A stretch of DNA of 64,000 bases, taken from an uncultured Candidatus Rokubacteria bacterium (lineage in GTDB: Bacteria; Methylomirabilota; Methylomirabilia; Rokubacteriales; DASRDR01). A program made the translations under genes and the position numbers. Positions 28,807-40,343 of this stretch are shown here, piece by piece; position 1 is the stretch's first letter; each line of letters starts with the position of its first letter. The stretch covers positions 96,001 to 160,000 of the forward strand of contig CAWGVS010000011.1 of assembly GCA_963826115.1 (NCBI GenBank). The letters run 5' to 3'. The notes below the pieces were generated by a model. That model was not told the origin of the DNA. It searched no databases and saw only the letters and a list, made by a program, of their open reading frames with translations.

Positions 28807-29841
28807 TCAGGGCGTGGGGCGGCGCGCCGGGAAGATCCGCAGCAGGCGGCCGGTGTCCTCCGCCACGACCACGGCGCCGTCGCCGAGGACGGCGAGGGCG
28901 GCGGGTCGGATCAGCCCCTCGACGAACCGCTCCACGGCCCCGTCCGCCCGGATCCGGAAGATCCTTCCTCCCAGGTAGTCGACCGCGTACGCGGTGTCGG
29001 CCTCGCCGGCCACGATGGGACCCGCCCCGCCCAGCTGGGCCAGCCGGACGGTGCTCCCGTCGGAGCGCAGCTGGTCGATCGAGCCGTTGCTCACGCTCGC
29101 GACCACGGCGCCCGACGTCAGGGCGGCCAGGCTGCTGTAGCGCGGCAGGACGATGCGCCGGCGGCGCAGCGCGGCCGGCGGGAACACCTTTCCCGCGTAC
29201 TCGAGGTTGCGCGGCAGCGGGATCGGCTCCTCGACGCGGAGCCAGTGGACCACCGGTCCCTGGTAGGGCTCGCCGCCTTCGAGCAGGTCCTTCAGGGGAT
29301 CCGCGGCGGCGTCCGCGACCGCCGCGCGTCCGGCGTAGTCGAGGATCAGGAGCCGACCTCCGCCGTCGAAGGCGAGGGCCCGCCCGTCGCCGAGCGCGTT
29401 GGCGCCCCTGGCGAAGACGGCGACCGCGCCGCCCGGGGTCACCCGGTAGACGTGACGACCTCGCGACTCGCTGACGTAGAGGTCGCCGGAGGCGGGGTGA
29501 CGGGCCAGGCTGCCGGCCTCGAACGGGACGGTCGACGAGGCGAAGGGGATGGGCAGGACGGGCAGCTGGGCCGCATCGACGGGCTCGGCGCCTCCGAGAG
29601 GCACGCGGACGAGCGCGCCGGCGCCGCGATCCTGGCCCGGCGACGTGCGGGTCAAGACCCAGAGCGCGTCCGGCGCTTCGACGGCCAGATCCTGTGGCAG
29701 GCGGAGGCCGCGCGCGACGACCTCGGACTGGTAGCCGTCCGGGAGCGTCAGCTGGCGCGCGCCCCTGAGCGACGACCCGCTCCAGTCCTGCGCGGCGGCC
29801 GCGCCGGCCAGGAGAAGAAGCAGGAGCGCCGGGCGCGTCAG
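28807..29841 (-). CDS. Secreted beta-propeller protein (NHL/SMP-30-like); start uncertain
   Basis: Signal peptide LLLLLLAGAAAA-QD, repeats GLRLPQDLAV, GDLYVSE, LAFDGGGRLLI, GLIRPAALAV. Only a CTG overlapping the upstream stop fits as a start. Confidence 0.7.
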   Translation of the reverse strand: MTRPALLLLLLAGAAAAQDWSGSSLRGARQLTLPDGYQSEVVARGLRLPQDLAVEAPDALWVLTRTSPGQDRGAGALVRVPLGGAEPVDAAQLPVLPIPFASSTVPFEAGSLARHPASGDLYVSESRGRHVYRVTPGGAVAVFARGANALGDGRALAFDGGGRLLILDYAGRAAVADAAADPLKDLLEGGEPYQGPVVHWLRVEEPIPLPRNLEYAGKVFPPAALRRRRIVLPRYSSLAALTSGAVVASVSNGSIDQLRSDGSTVRLAQLGGAGPIVAGEADTAYAVDYLGGRIFRIRADGAVERFVEGLIRPAALAVLGDGAVVVAEDTGRLLRIFPARRPTP

Positions 29842-31685
29842 CTCATGAAGCGCTCGTAGCGCCCGTACTCCCGCGTCGCGTCCATGAACCACTGCACGAT
29901 CTCCGGCTTGGAGCGTGGCGGGATCTCGCACGACGTCGACAGGATGAAGCCCGAATGCCGGGCGGCCGTGTCGATGCACCGTCGCACCTCGGCCTCGATC
30001 TGGGCCTGCGTGGCGCGCTCGAACAGGGTGGCGTCGACGTTGCCGATCGCGATCGCCCGTCCCCGCGCCACCTCCATGAACCGCGCGAGCTGGTCCACGT
30101 GGAGCTTCGGATCGGCCTGCTGGTCGAGGTCGAAGGACACGGTGCTGAAGCCGCAGCCGATCAGGTCCTCGTAGATGGGGTAGGTGGTGCCGCAGATGTG
30201 GGTCGTGAGGCCCACCTTCTTCGCCTTGAAGTGGTCGACCAGCTCCTTGTGGTACGGCGCGATGAACTCCCGGTAGTTGTCGGGGGAGATGAGGCTGATC
30301 GACGCGGTCGGCTCCGAGAACGACAGGCCGATCTTGGTCTTCACGATCGCGTCGCCCCAGCGCTTGCAGTACTCGGTCGCGAACCGCATCAGGTCGTGGA
30401 TGAACTGGGGGTCCTCGAAGGTGTCGAGGAGCATCACCTCGGGGTTGCGCATGAGCATGGCGATGGTCCAGGGGCCCACCGCCACGGCGCCGACCGCCGT
30501 CGGGAACTTGGCCGCGACCAGCCCCTCGCAGAGCTCGAGGAACCCGGGCAGCCGCGCGTCCTTGAGCGGATCCGGGATCTCCAGGCGCGCCAGCGCGCCC
30601 TTGTCCTCCTGGAGGACGTGGCTCTCGATGGACGGGACGACGTAGTCGGAGTACTTGACCCCGCACCCCGTCGCCTCCGCCTCCTTCGCGAGGTCGTTGT
30701 ACGCGAGCACCACGTCCGGCTGGTACCGGTCGTAGTAGTTCAGCATCGCCTTGATGGCCTTGGACGGGTTCGTGCAGTACTCCTCGATCGACAGCCCGTC
30801 GAGGGTCCCGGCGAAGGACGCGACGATCGGGTACACGGGGACCCGGTCGGTGAAGCTCCGCTTGTACGCGGCGACGACGTGGTCGCGCCCGGTGTAGGCG
30901 CCTCGCCCGCGCTCCGCGTCCCAGAGGCGGTTCACCTCCATGTACCTCGGCGGCAGCTTGGCCTCGTACTCCATGAACTGGGTGATCGGGTAGCGGATGC
31001 CGCCCCGGTGCGTGCCCTCCAGACCTTCGACGATGTCGGCGATCCGGGCCCAGGGAATCGCGAATGCCATCTCGTGGTCCTGCGTCTGCCCGAAGATGCG
31101 GTCGCCGGAGCAGGGGAGGATCACCTGCGACTGGCCGGTCTGCATCGTCGTCACGATGATGTCGGAGCAGACGATGCGCCCCTGGAACGAGGACGCGAGG
31201 CGGCCGCCGGTCTTCCAGAGCGACGCCTGGGTCAGCCGCATGACCTGGGCCGGGTTCGCGTAGACGACGACGACGTCGGGCTCGAACGTCGCGCGGTCGA
31301 GCGGGGCGACCAGGAGGGCGTGGTACTCGCCCGGCTGGAACTTGTCCACCGCCGCCTCGGAGCGCGCGCCCGCCTCCTTGGTCGCCGTGTACATGCCCTC
31401 GCAGAGGGTCCCCGAGTTGTAGAGGTGGGTCGGCCGGTCGAAGCCGAGGGCCGTGATCCCGAGCGAGCAGATGCTGTCGTCGCGGGTGAGCGCGATGGTC
31501 CAGCCGTACCGCCGGGCCATGTCGATGACCTGGCAGTTCATCGAGAGCTTCCCGAAGTCCCGGGCCGGCCGCCGCGCGCGCTCCGGGATGGTCTCGCCGG
31601 GGCGCAGCATCCGGATCGCGACCGGGAAGGTCTGCGGCCGGACGTAGGTCTGGATCGCCTGATCGGCGGTCTTGGTGTCCACCAT
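29838..31685 (-). CDS. Fusion: DUF169-like domain + UroD/MtaA-CmuA-family methyltransferase domain
   Basis: N-terminal ~260 aa: FPVAIR, CQVIDMARRYG, CSLG, NPAQVMRL, CSD, PCSGDRIFG. C-terminal part: DRVPVYP, EAEATGC, GPWTIA, HICG, GNVD, FILSTSCEIP. Confidence 0.85.
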   Translation of the reverse strand: MVDTKTADQAIQTYVRPQTFPVAIRMLRPGETIPERARRPARDFGKLSMNCQVIDMARRYGWTIALTRDDSICSLGITALGFDRPTHLYNSGTLCEGMYTATKEAGARSEAAVDKFQPGEYHALLVAPLDRATFEPDVVVVYANPAQVMRLTQASLWKTGGRLASSFQGRIVCSDIIVTTMQTGQSQVILPCSGDRIFGQTQDHEMAFAIPWARIADIVEGLEGTHRGGIRYPITQFMEYEAKLPPRYMEVNRLWDAERGRGAYTGRDHVVAAYKRSFTDRVPVYPIVASFAGTLDGLSIEEYCTNPSKAIKAMLNYYDRYQPDVVLAYNDLAKEAEATGCGVKYSDYVVPSIESHVLQEDKGALARLEIPDPLKDARLPGFLELCEGLVAAKFPTAVGAVAVGPWTIAMLMRNPEVMLLDTFEDPQFIHDLMRFATEYCKRWGDAIVKTKIGLSFSEPTASISLISPDNYREFIAPYHKELVDHFKAKKVGLTTHICGTTYPIYEDLIGCGFSTVSFDLDQQADPKLHVDQLARFMEVARGRAIAIGNVDATLFERATQAQIEAEVRRCIDTAARHSGFILSTSCEIPPRSKPEIVQWFMDATREYGRYERFMS

Positions 31686-31745
31686 GCGGGTCCCTCCGGA
31701 CGCGGTGCCGGCCGCCTTCGAGAGCGCCGTGTTCCGGTCGCTGCG

Positions 31746-31774
31746 AGCCTACCCGTGGGGTGGGGTCCTGTCAA
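31746..31774 (-). promoter_or_regulatory. Sigma70-type promoter for the DUF169-UroD gene
   Basis: TTGACA-17 nt-TAGGCT on the minus strand. Confidence 0.7.
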
Positions 31775-31841
31775 CAAACACGCCCCCTTGCGTGGCGGAT
31801 GGCGAGCGACGATGCTGGCTCCGGACGAGCCGGAAGGACAC

Positions 31842-32456
31842 ATGAGGATTCGAGTGACGACGAGGCGTCTCGGCGGGCGCGCGGCCGCGCCGGCGATCGC
31901 CGGCCTGCTGGTGGCGTCGTGGCTCTCGGCGGCGCCCGGCATCGCGGCGCCGGCGGCGCCGGAGATCGGTCGACCCGCGCCGAACTTCGCCCTGACCACT
32001 CAGCAGAGCGATCGCCTCTGGCTGACGCAGCTCCGCGGCCGGATCGTCGTGCTGGCCTTCGGATGCGCGGGGTGCGGCGCCTGCCCCGGGCTCCTCGAGC
32101 GGCTGGCCGAGGTCGAGCGCGGGCTGGGCGACGCGCCGGGCCGCCGCGTCTTCTTCGCGATGGTGACGGTCGACCCGGCGCGCGACACGCCGGCCGCGCT
32201 GCGCACGTTCGGCCGGGCGCGCGGCCTGCGCGCGCCCGCGTGGATCTTGCTCACCGAGGATCGGCACGGCCAGGTGGAGGCGGTGACACGGCTGTACGGC
32301 GTCGAGGTGCGTCGACAGGGCGACCGGGTGGACGTCGACTGCACGGTCCTCCTGATCGACGGCGCGGGAGTGCTCCGGTTCCGCTACGGCCCCGACTCGA
32401 TGGATGCCCTGCCCGGTGGCCTTCGCGCCCTTCTCGGACGGCCCGCGACGCCGTGA
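31842..32456 (+). CDS. SCO/SenC-family thioredoxin-fold protein with atypical metal ligands
   Basis: APNFALT, LRGRIVVLAF, VTVDPARDTP, WILLT, LIDGAG. The metal motif reads CAGCGACP. Confidence 0.82.
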   Translation: MRIRVTTRRLGGRAAAPAIAGLLVASWLSAAPGIAAPAAPEIGRPAPNFALTTQQSDRLWLTQLRGRIVVLAFGCAGCGACPGLLERLAEVERGLGDAPGRRVFFAMVTVDPARDTPAALRTFGRARGLRAPAWILLTEDRHGQVEAVTRLYGVEVRRQGDRVDVDCTVLLIDGAGVLRFRYGPDSMDALPGGLRALLGRPATP

Positions 32457-32510
32457 CGGGTGCCCGGGGGCGCGCGCCCGCCTGTGTCCCTTGGTGCTAG
32501 GATGGCGGCG

Positions 32511-32831
32511 ATGCGGCGCCAGCTCTTCCTCCTCGTCCTGGTCTACGTCACGCTGGATTTTGCCAATCCTCTGATGCCGGGCGCGGTGACCTTCTCCGCG
32601 GGGTCGGTCGACGTGGTCCAGGCGGACCGGACCGCGCGGATGGCGCGCCCGGAGGCGGCTGACGCGCGCCCGCCCGCCGCGCTGCCGACCTGGACCGCGA
32701 CACTCTGGGACGCGACGCCCGCCCCGTCCGTCCCAGCGTCGACCCCGGCGCCCGTCGCCACGGGCCGCTCGGCCCGCCGGGCGCCGCCTCCGTCCGATTT
32801 CGCGCCGCCCCCTCCGTCGGAAGACCACTAG
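32511..32831 (+). CDS. Small 'DH-stop' family protein, copy A (candidate leader/arrest peptide)
   Basis: MRRQLFLLVLVYVTLDFANPLMPGAVTF...RRAPPPSDFAPPPPSEDH*. Homologous to 42010 and 44522. Confidence 0.75.
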   Translation: MRRQLFLLVLVYVTLDFANPLMPGAVTFSAGSVDVVQADRTARMARPEAADARPPAALPTWTATLWDATPAPSVPASTPAPVATGRSARRAPPPSDFAPPPPSEDH

Positions 32832-32913
32832 CTCGCCCGCCTCGGAACGTCCCTGGGTCGCGCCGTGCTCTCGCACGGCGCCAGCGCCATTTCCCACCCG
32901 GAGGAGCGCCGAG

Positions 32914-33012
32914 ATGCGGGTCAAGGCAGGATGGGAAGGGATCGTCCTGGGCGTGCTGATGCTGCTGGTCGCACTGTCCCTGATCCTGGGCTTCCGATAC
33001 GTCACGGGTTGA
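32914..33012 (+). CDS. 32-aa single-pass membrane microprotein
   Basis: GGAGGAG RBS, then MRVKAGWEGIVLGVLMLLVALSLILGFRYVTG*. Below the ORF-track size cutoff. Confidence 0.6.
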   Translation: MRVKAGWEGIVLGVLMLLVALSLILGFRYVTG

Positions 33013-33014
33013 CG

Positions 33015-33389
33015 GTGGCGGATGATCCCGCCGGGGAGGTGACCGTGGGCAAGGTCGGCCGGTTCGTGACCGATCCGAAGGCCGGAGCCTTTTGCCAGAT
33101 CGTTCTGGACAGCGGCGAGAAGATCCTCGTGAGCCACGACAAGGGGGGATTCAAGGGAGGCCGCCTCAGCATCGCGACGCTCAAGTGGCTCGGCCTCGCG
33201 TCGGGCGAGATGCTCTTCGAGGTCGACCTCGACACGCCCAGGGGCCAGGCGGCCCTCCGCCGGCTCACGGCCGGCGCGCCGGAGGGGACCGCCCGGGCGA
33301 CGCCGCTCGGGGCCCTCGTGGAGTATGTGAAGGAGTGCCCCTCGGCGGCCGACGTCCGGCTCCGCGGCGCGGCGCTCGAATCTGGCTAG
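33015..33389 (+). CDS. Hypothetical protein
   Basis: GTG start just after the microprotein stop; GC3-biased codons. Confidence 0.65.
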   Translation: MADDPAGEVTVGKVGRFVTDPKAGAFCQIVLDSGEKILVSHDKGGFKGGRLSIATLKWLGLASGEMLFEVDLDTPRGQAALRRLTAGAPEGTARATPLGALVEYVKECPSAADVRLRGAALESG

Positions 33390-33390
33390 G

Positions 33391-34632
33391 CTACGCGGCG
33401 CGAGACGCTCGGCGCCCGACTCGAACGAGCCACGCCAGCACCACGCCCAGGTACGCGAGGGCCCCGCCGACGCGCGCCCACGCGGCGCCGTTGGCGCCCC
33501 ACGCGGGCGCGAGCGCCGGGAGGAGAAGGACGAGGCCGGTGGCGCTGGCGGTGGCCGCGGCCGTGGCCGCTCCGGGCTGGCCGCTGCCGAGCATCGCCGG
33601 CGTCGCCCAGAGCGTGGCCACGGCGATTCCGGTGGCGAGGAGCAGCAGGCGGAACGGCGCCACCGCGTCGGCATAGCCGGGACCCAGAGCGAGGCCGACG
33701 AGCCAGGGGGCGCCGACGACGCCCACGAGGACGACGGCTCCGGTGAGGACCACGAGGCCCCCGACCATCTGGCGGAGCAGCCGGAAGAACTCCCCGCGGT
33801 TCTCGAGCCAGGCGCGCGCCAGTTGGGGGAAGGCGGCGAAGTAGAGCGGATCGCTCAGGTCCTCGAGGACGCGCGCCAGCCGGAGCGCCGCCCCGTAGAC
33901 GCCGACCTCCGCTGCCGTCCGGAAGTAGCCGAGCAGCAGGAGGTCGAGGCGGCGCATCGCCACCTTCAGCGTGGCCCGGACGCTGCTGTGGCCGAGGAAG
34001 GCGAGCATGCCTCGCCAGTACGGACGGACGGCCCGGAGGGATGCGCTCGCGCGGGCCGGCCAGAGCTGCGCGCGGACCTCGCGGCTCGCCAGCGCCAGCA
34101 GGATCAGGGCGCCGACGACGTCGGCGGCCAGGTGGGCGACCAGGACTCCGCCGACACGGGCTCCGGCGGCCACGGCCGCGACCACCAGCCCGAGGCGACT
34201 GACCGCCTCGACCGCCGAGCAGAGGCCCAGCACGCGGAATCGGTCGAAGACCCGCATCACGGCGCGGGCGGTCCGGTCGAATGCGCTGATCACCAGGGTC
34301 GCCGCGCCGAGCACGATCAGCGGCTCGAGCGACGGATCCCCGAAGAGCCGTGTTGCGATCCAGGAGGACGTCGCCCAGACGAGGCCGAAGCCGAGGGCGG
34401 CGACCGCCGCTTCCAGCGCGACGGCGATCTCCAGCGTTGCGAGGGCCACGCCCGTCTGGCCGCGGCTCGTGAACTCGCTCAGGTACCGGGTCACCGCCTC
34501 CCACGCCCGGACGTCCACGACCAGGTGGGCGACCCCGACCACGCTCCACACGAGGGTGAGCCGGCCGAACTCCCCGGCGCCGAGCCCGCGCGCGGCGATC
34601 AGCGTCGCCAGGAACTCGGCCGCGAGCACCAC
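33391..34632 (-). CDS. Wzx/MATE-like oligosaccharide flippase
   Basis: AARGLGAGEFG, RRLDLLLLGYF...EVGVYGAA, about 12 TM helices. The frame extends upstream through LLRNAGWLL, so the true start may be earlier. Confidence 0.85.
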   Translation of the reverse strand: MVLAAEFLATLIAARGLGAGEFGRLTLVWSVVGVAHLVVDVRAWEAVTRYLSEFTSRGQTGVALATLEIAVALEAAVAALGFGLVWATSSWIATRLFGDPSLEPLIVLGAATLVISAFDRTARAVMRVFDRFRVLGLCSAVEAVSRLGLVVAAVAAGARVGGVLVAHLAADVVGALILLALASREVRAQLWPARASASLRAVRPYWRGMLAFLGHSSVRATLKVAMRRLDLLLLGYFRTAAEVGVYGAALRLARVLEDLSDPLYFAAFPQLARAWLENRGEFFRLLRQMVGGLVVLTGAVVLVGVVGAPWLVGLALGPGYADAVAPFRLLLLATGIAVATLWATPAMLGSGQPGAATAAATASATGLVLLLPALAPAWGANGAAWARVGGALAYLGVVLAWLVRVGRRASRAA

Positions 34633-34744
34633 GCCGTCTGACGCGAGCAGCCACCCGGCGTTCCGCAGGAGCCGGCGAAGTGCGGGGTCGAGGTCCGCGA
34701 GGCGCCGCCCCGCGGCGGCGCGCGGCCGCCCGCGACCCTCGGCT

Positions 34745-36985
<2,241 letters not shown>

Positions 36986-37123
36986 GTTCTAGTATAGCCA
37001 CCAACAGGCCGCGTGCGGACGGCGAGGTTGGACCCGCCTCCTCCCGCAGGATCTGGTCACCGGCCGCCCCGGGCGCCTATAATTCCCCCGCCTTGCGGTG
37101 GCGCGAGGGTGGGGGAGGCCTCA

Positions 37124-37315
37124 ATGAAGAGCAAGGACCTGCTCGTCGCCCTGTTCGCGCTCGGAGTCATCCTGCTGTCCTGGCCCTTCCTGACCGTGGT
37201 CAACCGGCCGTCGGCGGTGCTCGGGATCCCGACGCTGGTGGCGTACCTCTTCGCCGTGTGGGCCGGCATCATCGTCGTCCTGTTCTGGCTGACGGGCGGG
37301 CGCGACTCGAGTTGA
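37124..37315 (+). CDS. Small 2-TM protein upstream of the SLC5 kinase (CbrX-like position)
   Basis: GGAGG RBS; MKSKDLLVALFALGVILLSWPFL...GIPTLVAYLFAVWAGIIVVL. TATAAT at 37078. Confidence 0.8.
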   Translation: MKSKDLLVALFALGVILLSWPFLTVVNRPSAVLGIPTLVAYLFAVWAGIIVVLFWLTGGRDSS

Positions 37316-37349
37316 CGGGCGAGCGGCCTCCCCGCCGGCGGATCGGCCC

Positions 37350-40343
37350 ATGAGCTGGCTCGACTACGGGCCTCTCCTCTCCATCGTCGTCGGCTACCTC
37401 CTCTTCCTCTTCGGCGTCGCCTACTGGGCGGAGCGCACGCGCCGGCTCGAGCGACCCCGCCTGCAGATGCTCACCTACGTCCTCACCGCCTCGGTGTACT
37501 GCACGGCGTGGACCTTCTACGGCAGCGTCGGGCTCGCCGCCAACCAGGGCCTCGAGTTCCTGACCATCTACCTCGGACCGGCGCTCCTGGCGCTCCTCTG
37601 GCCGGTCCTGCTCCGCCGGCTCGTGCGCATCGTCAAGGAGCAGCGGATCACGTCGATCTCGGACTTCATCTCGAGCCGCTACGGCAAGTCGGCGCCCCTC
37701 GGCGCGCTGGTCGCCGCGCTCGTCGTGCTCGGCCTGATCCCCTACATCGCGCTCCAGCTCCAGGCGGTCTCGCAGTCATTCAAGGTGATGATCCGGCAGG
37801 AGGCGATCCTCGACCGGTTCGACCCGACGCTCCTCGTCGCCGTGGTCCTCGGACTGTTCGGGATCCTCTTCGGCGCCCGGAATCCCGACTTCACGAAGGC
37901 GCAGCGCGGGCTCCTGACCGCGGTGGCCGTCGAGTCGGTGGTGAAGCTCCTGGCGTTCCTCATCGCCGGCGCCTACGTGACGTGGATCCTTTTCGACGGC
38001 TTCGGCGACCTCTTCGGCCGGATGCTGGCCGACCCGGCGCTGAGCCGCCTGATCACCCTCGGGGAGCCGCCGGCGGCGTCCTTCTCGCGCTGGACCGCGA
38101 TGCTGATCGTGTCGATGATGGCCGTGGTGTTCCTGCCCCGGCAGTTCCACGTTCTGGTGGTACAGAACCAGGACGAGCGCCACGTCGCCGCCGCGTCGTG
38201 GATGTTTCCGCTCTATCTCTTCCTGATCAACATCTTCGTCATCCCGATCGCCGTGGCCGGTCTCCTGCTGCTCCCGCGGACGCAGGCCGACCAGTACGTG
38301 CTCCTGCTGCCGCTCTCGGCCGGGAACCAGGCGCTGTCGATTCTCGTGTTCCTCGGCGGCTTCTCGGCGGCCACCGCGATGATCGTCGTGGACTCGCTCG
38401 CCCTGTCGAAGATGCTGACCAACGACATCGTCGTGCCGATCCTGCTGCGCAACCGGAGCCGCGACATCTACCGCGCGAGCCTGCGCTCGATGCGCTTCTG
38501 CATCCTCCTCGTCGTGTTCCTGGGATACGGCTGGGCGGCGCTGGCGGCCGGGCGCTTCCTGCTGGTGGAGATGGGCCTGCTCTCGTTCGTGGCGGTGACC
38601 CAGTGCGCGCCGGCGATCCTGCTCGGGCTCGTGTGGCCGCGGGGCAACCGAAGCGGAGCGTTCGCGGGGATCTCGGCCGGCTTCGCCCTGTGGTTCTACA
38701 CGCTGATCATCCCCGTGCTGGTGAAGGAGGGCGTCCTCGCCGCGTCGATCGTGGAGGCGGGCCCGTTCGGGGTGGAGTGGCTACGGCCGACGCACCTCCT
38801 CGGCCTGACGGGGCTGGACTCCCTGAGCCACGGGATCTTCTGGTCCCTCCTGGGCAATCTTGGCGCCTATGTCCTCTTCTCGCTCGCCACGCGCCAGGAT
38901 GCGGAGGAGCGGCTCCAGGCGGCGGCGTTCACCGGACGGTTCCCGGGCGCGACGATGCCAATCGACCGGACGATCCTCACGCCGCGGGAGATCGAGCGCA
39001 TCGTCCAGCACTACGTGGGCGATCCCGAGGCGGCGGTCATCGCGGGGGAGATCCTCGGCACCAAGGCGCCGGGCGACCTCACGCCGCCCGAGCTCCTCGA
39101 GCTCCGGATCCGGCTCGAGAAGCGCCTGGCCGCCTCGCTGGGCGCGGCCGCCGCGCGCTTCATCGTGGAGGACCGCTTCACGCTCTCCCAGGGCGAGGCG
39201 GAGCGCCTGGTGGAGTCGTTCCAGGAGCTCCGCCAGTCCTTGCGGACGACCGAGGAGGAGGTCCAGCGGGGCGAGCGCCTGCTGGCAAGCGTCGTGCGCA
39301 GCGTCGACGACTGCATCTTCACCACCGACACCCGGGGCCGGCTCGTGACGGTCAATCCCGCCGGGGAGCGCCTGTTCGGCGCCGCGCAGGCTGAGCTGGG
39401 GGGTGCGCCCTGGTGGGGGCTCCTGGTCGCGGGGCCCGGCGTGTCCGAGGGGCGGACCGGCCGGGTGTTCGAGGGCGCCTACGCGTGGAAGGGCGAGGTG
39501 CGGGCGCGGACCCGCGGTGGCCGTGAGTTCCCGGCCTACCTGGCCGTGGCCCCGATCTTCGATCCCGGCGGCCAGGTCCTCGGGACGGTCGGCGTCCTGC
39601 GGAACCTGACGGAGCAGCACGAGATGCAGCGCCGCCTGATCCAGCAGGAGACCCTGGCCTCGCTCGGGCAGATGGCGGCGGGCGTGGCGCACGAGATCCG
39701 CAACCCGCTGGGCGGGATCAAGATGGCGATGGCCGTCCTCGCGAAGCACAACGGCGACGCCCTCTCCCGGGAGATGGCCGAGAGCATGCGGTCGGGGGTC
39801 GCGGACATCGAGACGATCGTGAGCCATCTCCTCGACTACACGCGGGAGACTCGCCTCGACCGCCAGGCGTTCGACGTGGAGCGGATCGTGCGCGAGGTGG
39901 TCGAGCAGCTGGGCGCGGAGGCCCGGGCGCGCGGCGTCACGCTGTCCAGCCAGGCGTTCCCGGGCGTGGTCGTGGCACTCGTCGACGGCCGCCGGCTGCG
40001 GCAGGTCCTGGTGAACGTCACGCGCAACGGTATCGAGGCGGCCGAGCGGCGCTTCGGCGGCCACGTCGGGGTGACCTGTCACGGCCGCGACGGTGTCGTC
40101 GTGCTCGAGGTCGTCGACAACGGCGTCGGGATCTTGCCCGAGGACCAGGAGCGGATCTTCCTCCCGTTCTTCACGACGAAGCCGACGGGCACTGGACTCG
40201 GGCTTGCCATCGTGAAGAAGATCGTGGACCTTCACGCCGGAGAGATTCGCGTCACGTCGGAGGCGGGGCGGGGGACGCGCGTGGTGATCTCCCTGCCCGC
40301 AGGAGTGCTGGATGAAGCGACGAGTGCTGATCGTCGAGGATGA
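37350..40343 (+). CDS. CbrA/CrbS-type sensor kinase (SLC5 transporter-STAC-PAS-HisKA-HATPase)
   Basis: VYCTAWTFYGSVG, SISDFISSRYGKS, PYIALQL, LPRQFHV, STAC-like LAASLGAAAAR, a PAS domain, AHEIRNPL, DNGVGI, FFTTK, GTGLGL. Confidence 0.93.
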   Translation: MSWLDYGPLLSIVVGYLLFLFGVAYWAERTRRLERPRLQMLTYVLTASVYCTAWTFYGSVGLAANQGLEFLTIYLGPALLALLWPVLLRRLVRIVKEQRITSISDFISSRYGKSAPLGALVAALVVLGLIPYIALQLQAVSQSFKVMIRQEAILDRFDPTLLVAVVLGLFGILFGARNPDFTKAQRGLLTAVAVESVVKLLAFLIAGAYVTWILFDGFGDLFGRMLADPALSRLITLGEPPAASFSRWTAMLIVSMMAVVFLPRQFHVLVVQNQDERHVAAASWMFPLYLFLINIFVIPIAVAGLLLLPRTQADQYVLLLPLSAGNQALSILVFLGGFSAATAMIVVDSLALSKMLTNDIVVPILLRNRSRDIYRASLRSMRFCILLVVFLGYGWAALAAGRFLLVEMGLLSFVAVTQCAPAILLGLVWPRGNRSGAFAGISAGFALWFYTLIIPVLVKEGVLAASIVEAGPFGVEWLRPTHLLGLTGLDSLSHGIFWSLLGNLGAYVLFSLATRQDAEERLQAAAFTGRFPGATMPIDRTILTPREIERIVQHYVGDPEAAVIAGEILGTKAPGDLTPPELLELRIRLEKRLAASLGAAAARFIVEDRFTLSQGEAERLVESFQELRQSLRTTEEEVQRGERLLASVVRSVDDCIFTTDTRGRLVTVNPAGERLFGAAQAELGGAPWWGLLVAGPGVSEGRTGRVFEGAYAWKGEVRARTRGGREFPAYLAVAPIFDPGGQVLGTVGVLRNLTEQHEMQRRLIQQETLASLGQMAAGVAHEIRNPLGGIKMAMAVLAKHNGDALSREMAESMRSGVADIETIVSHLLDYTRETRLDRQAFDVERIVREVVEQLGAEARARGVTLSSQAFPGVVVALVDGRRLRQVLVNVTRNGIEAAERRFGGHVGVTCHGRDGVVVLEVVDNGVGILPEDQERIFLPFFTTKPTGTGLGLAIVKKIVDLHAGEIRVTSEAGRGTRVVISLPAGVLDEATSADRRG

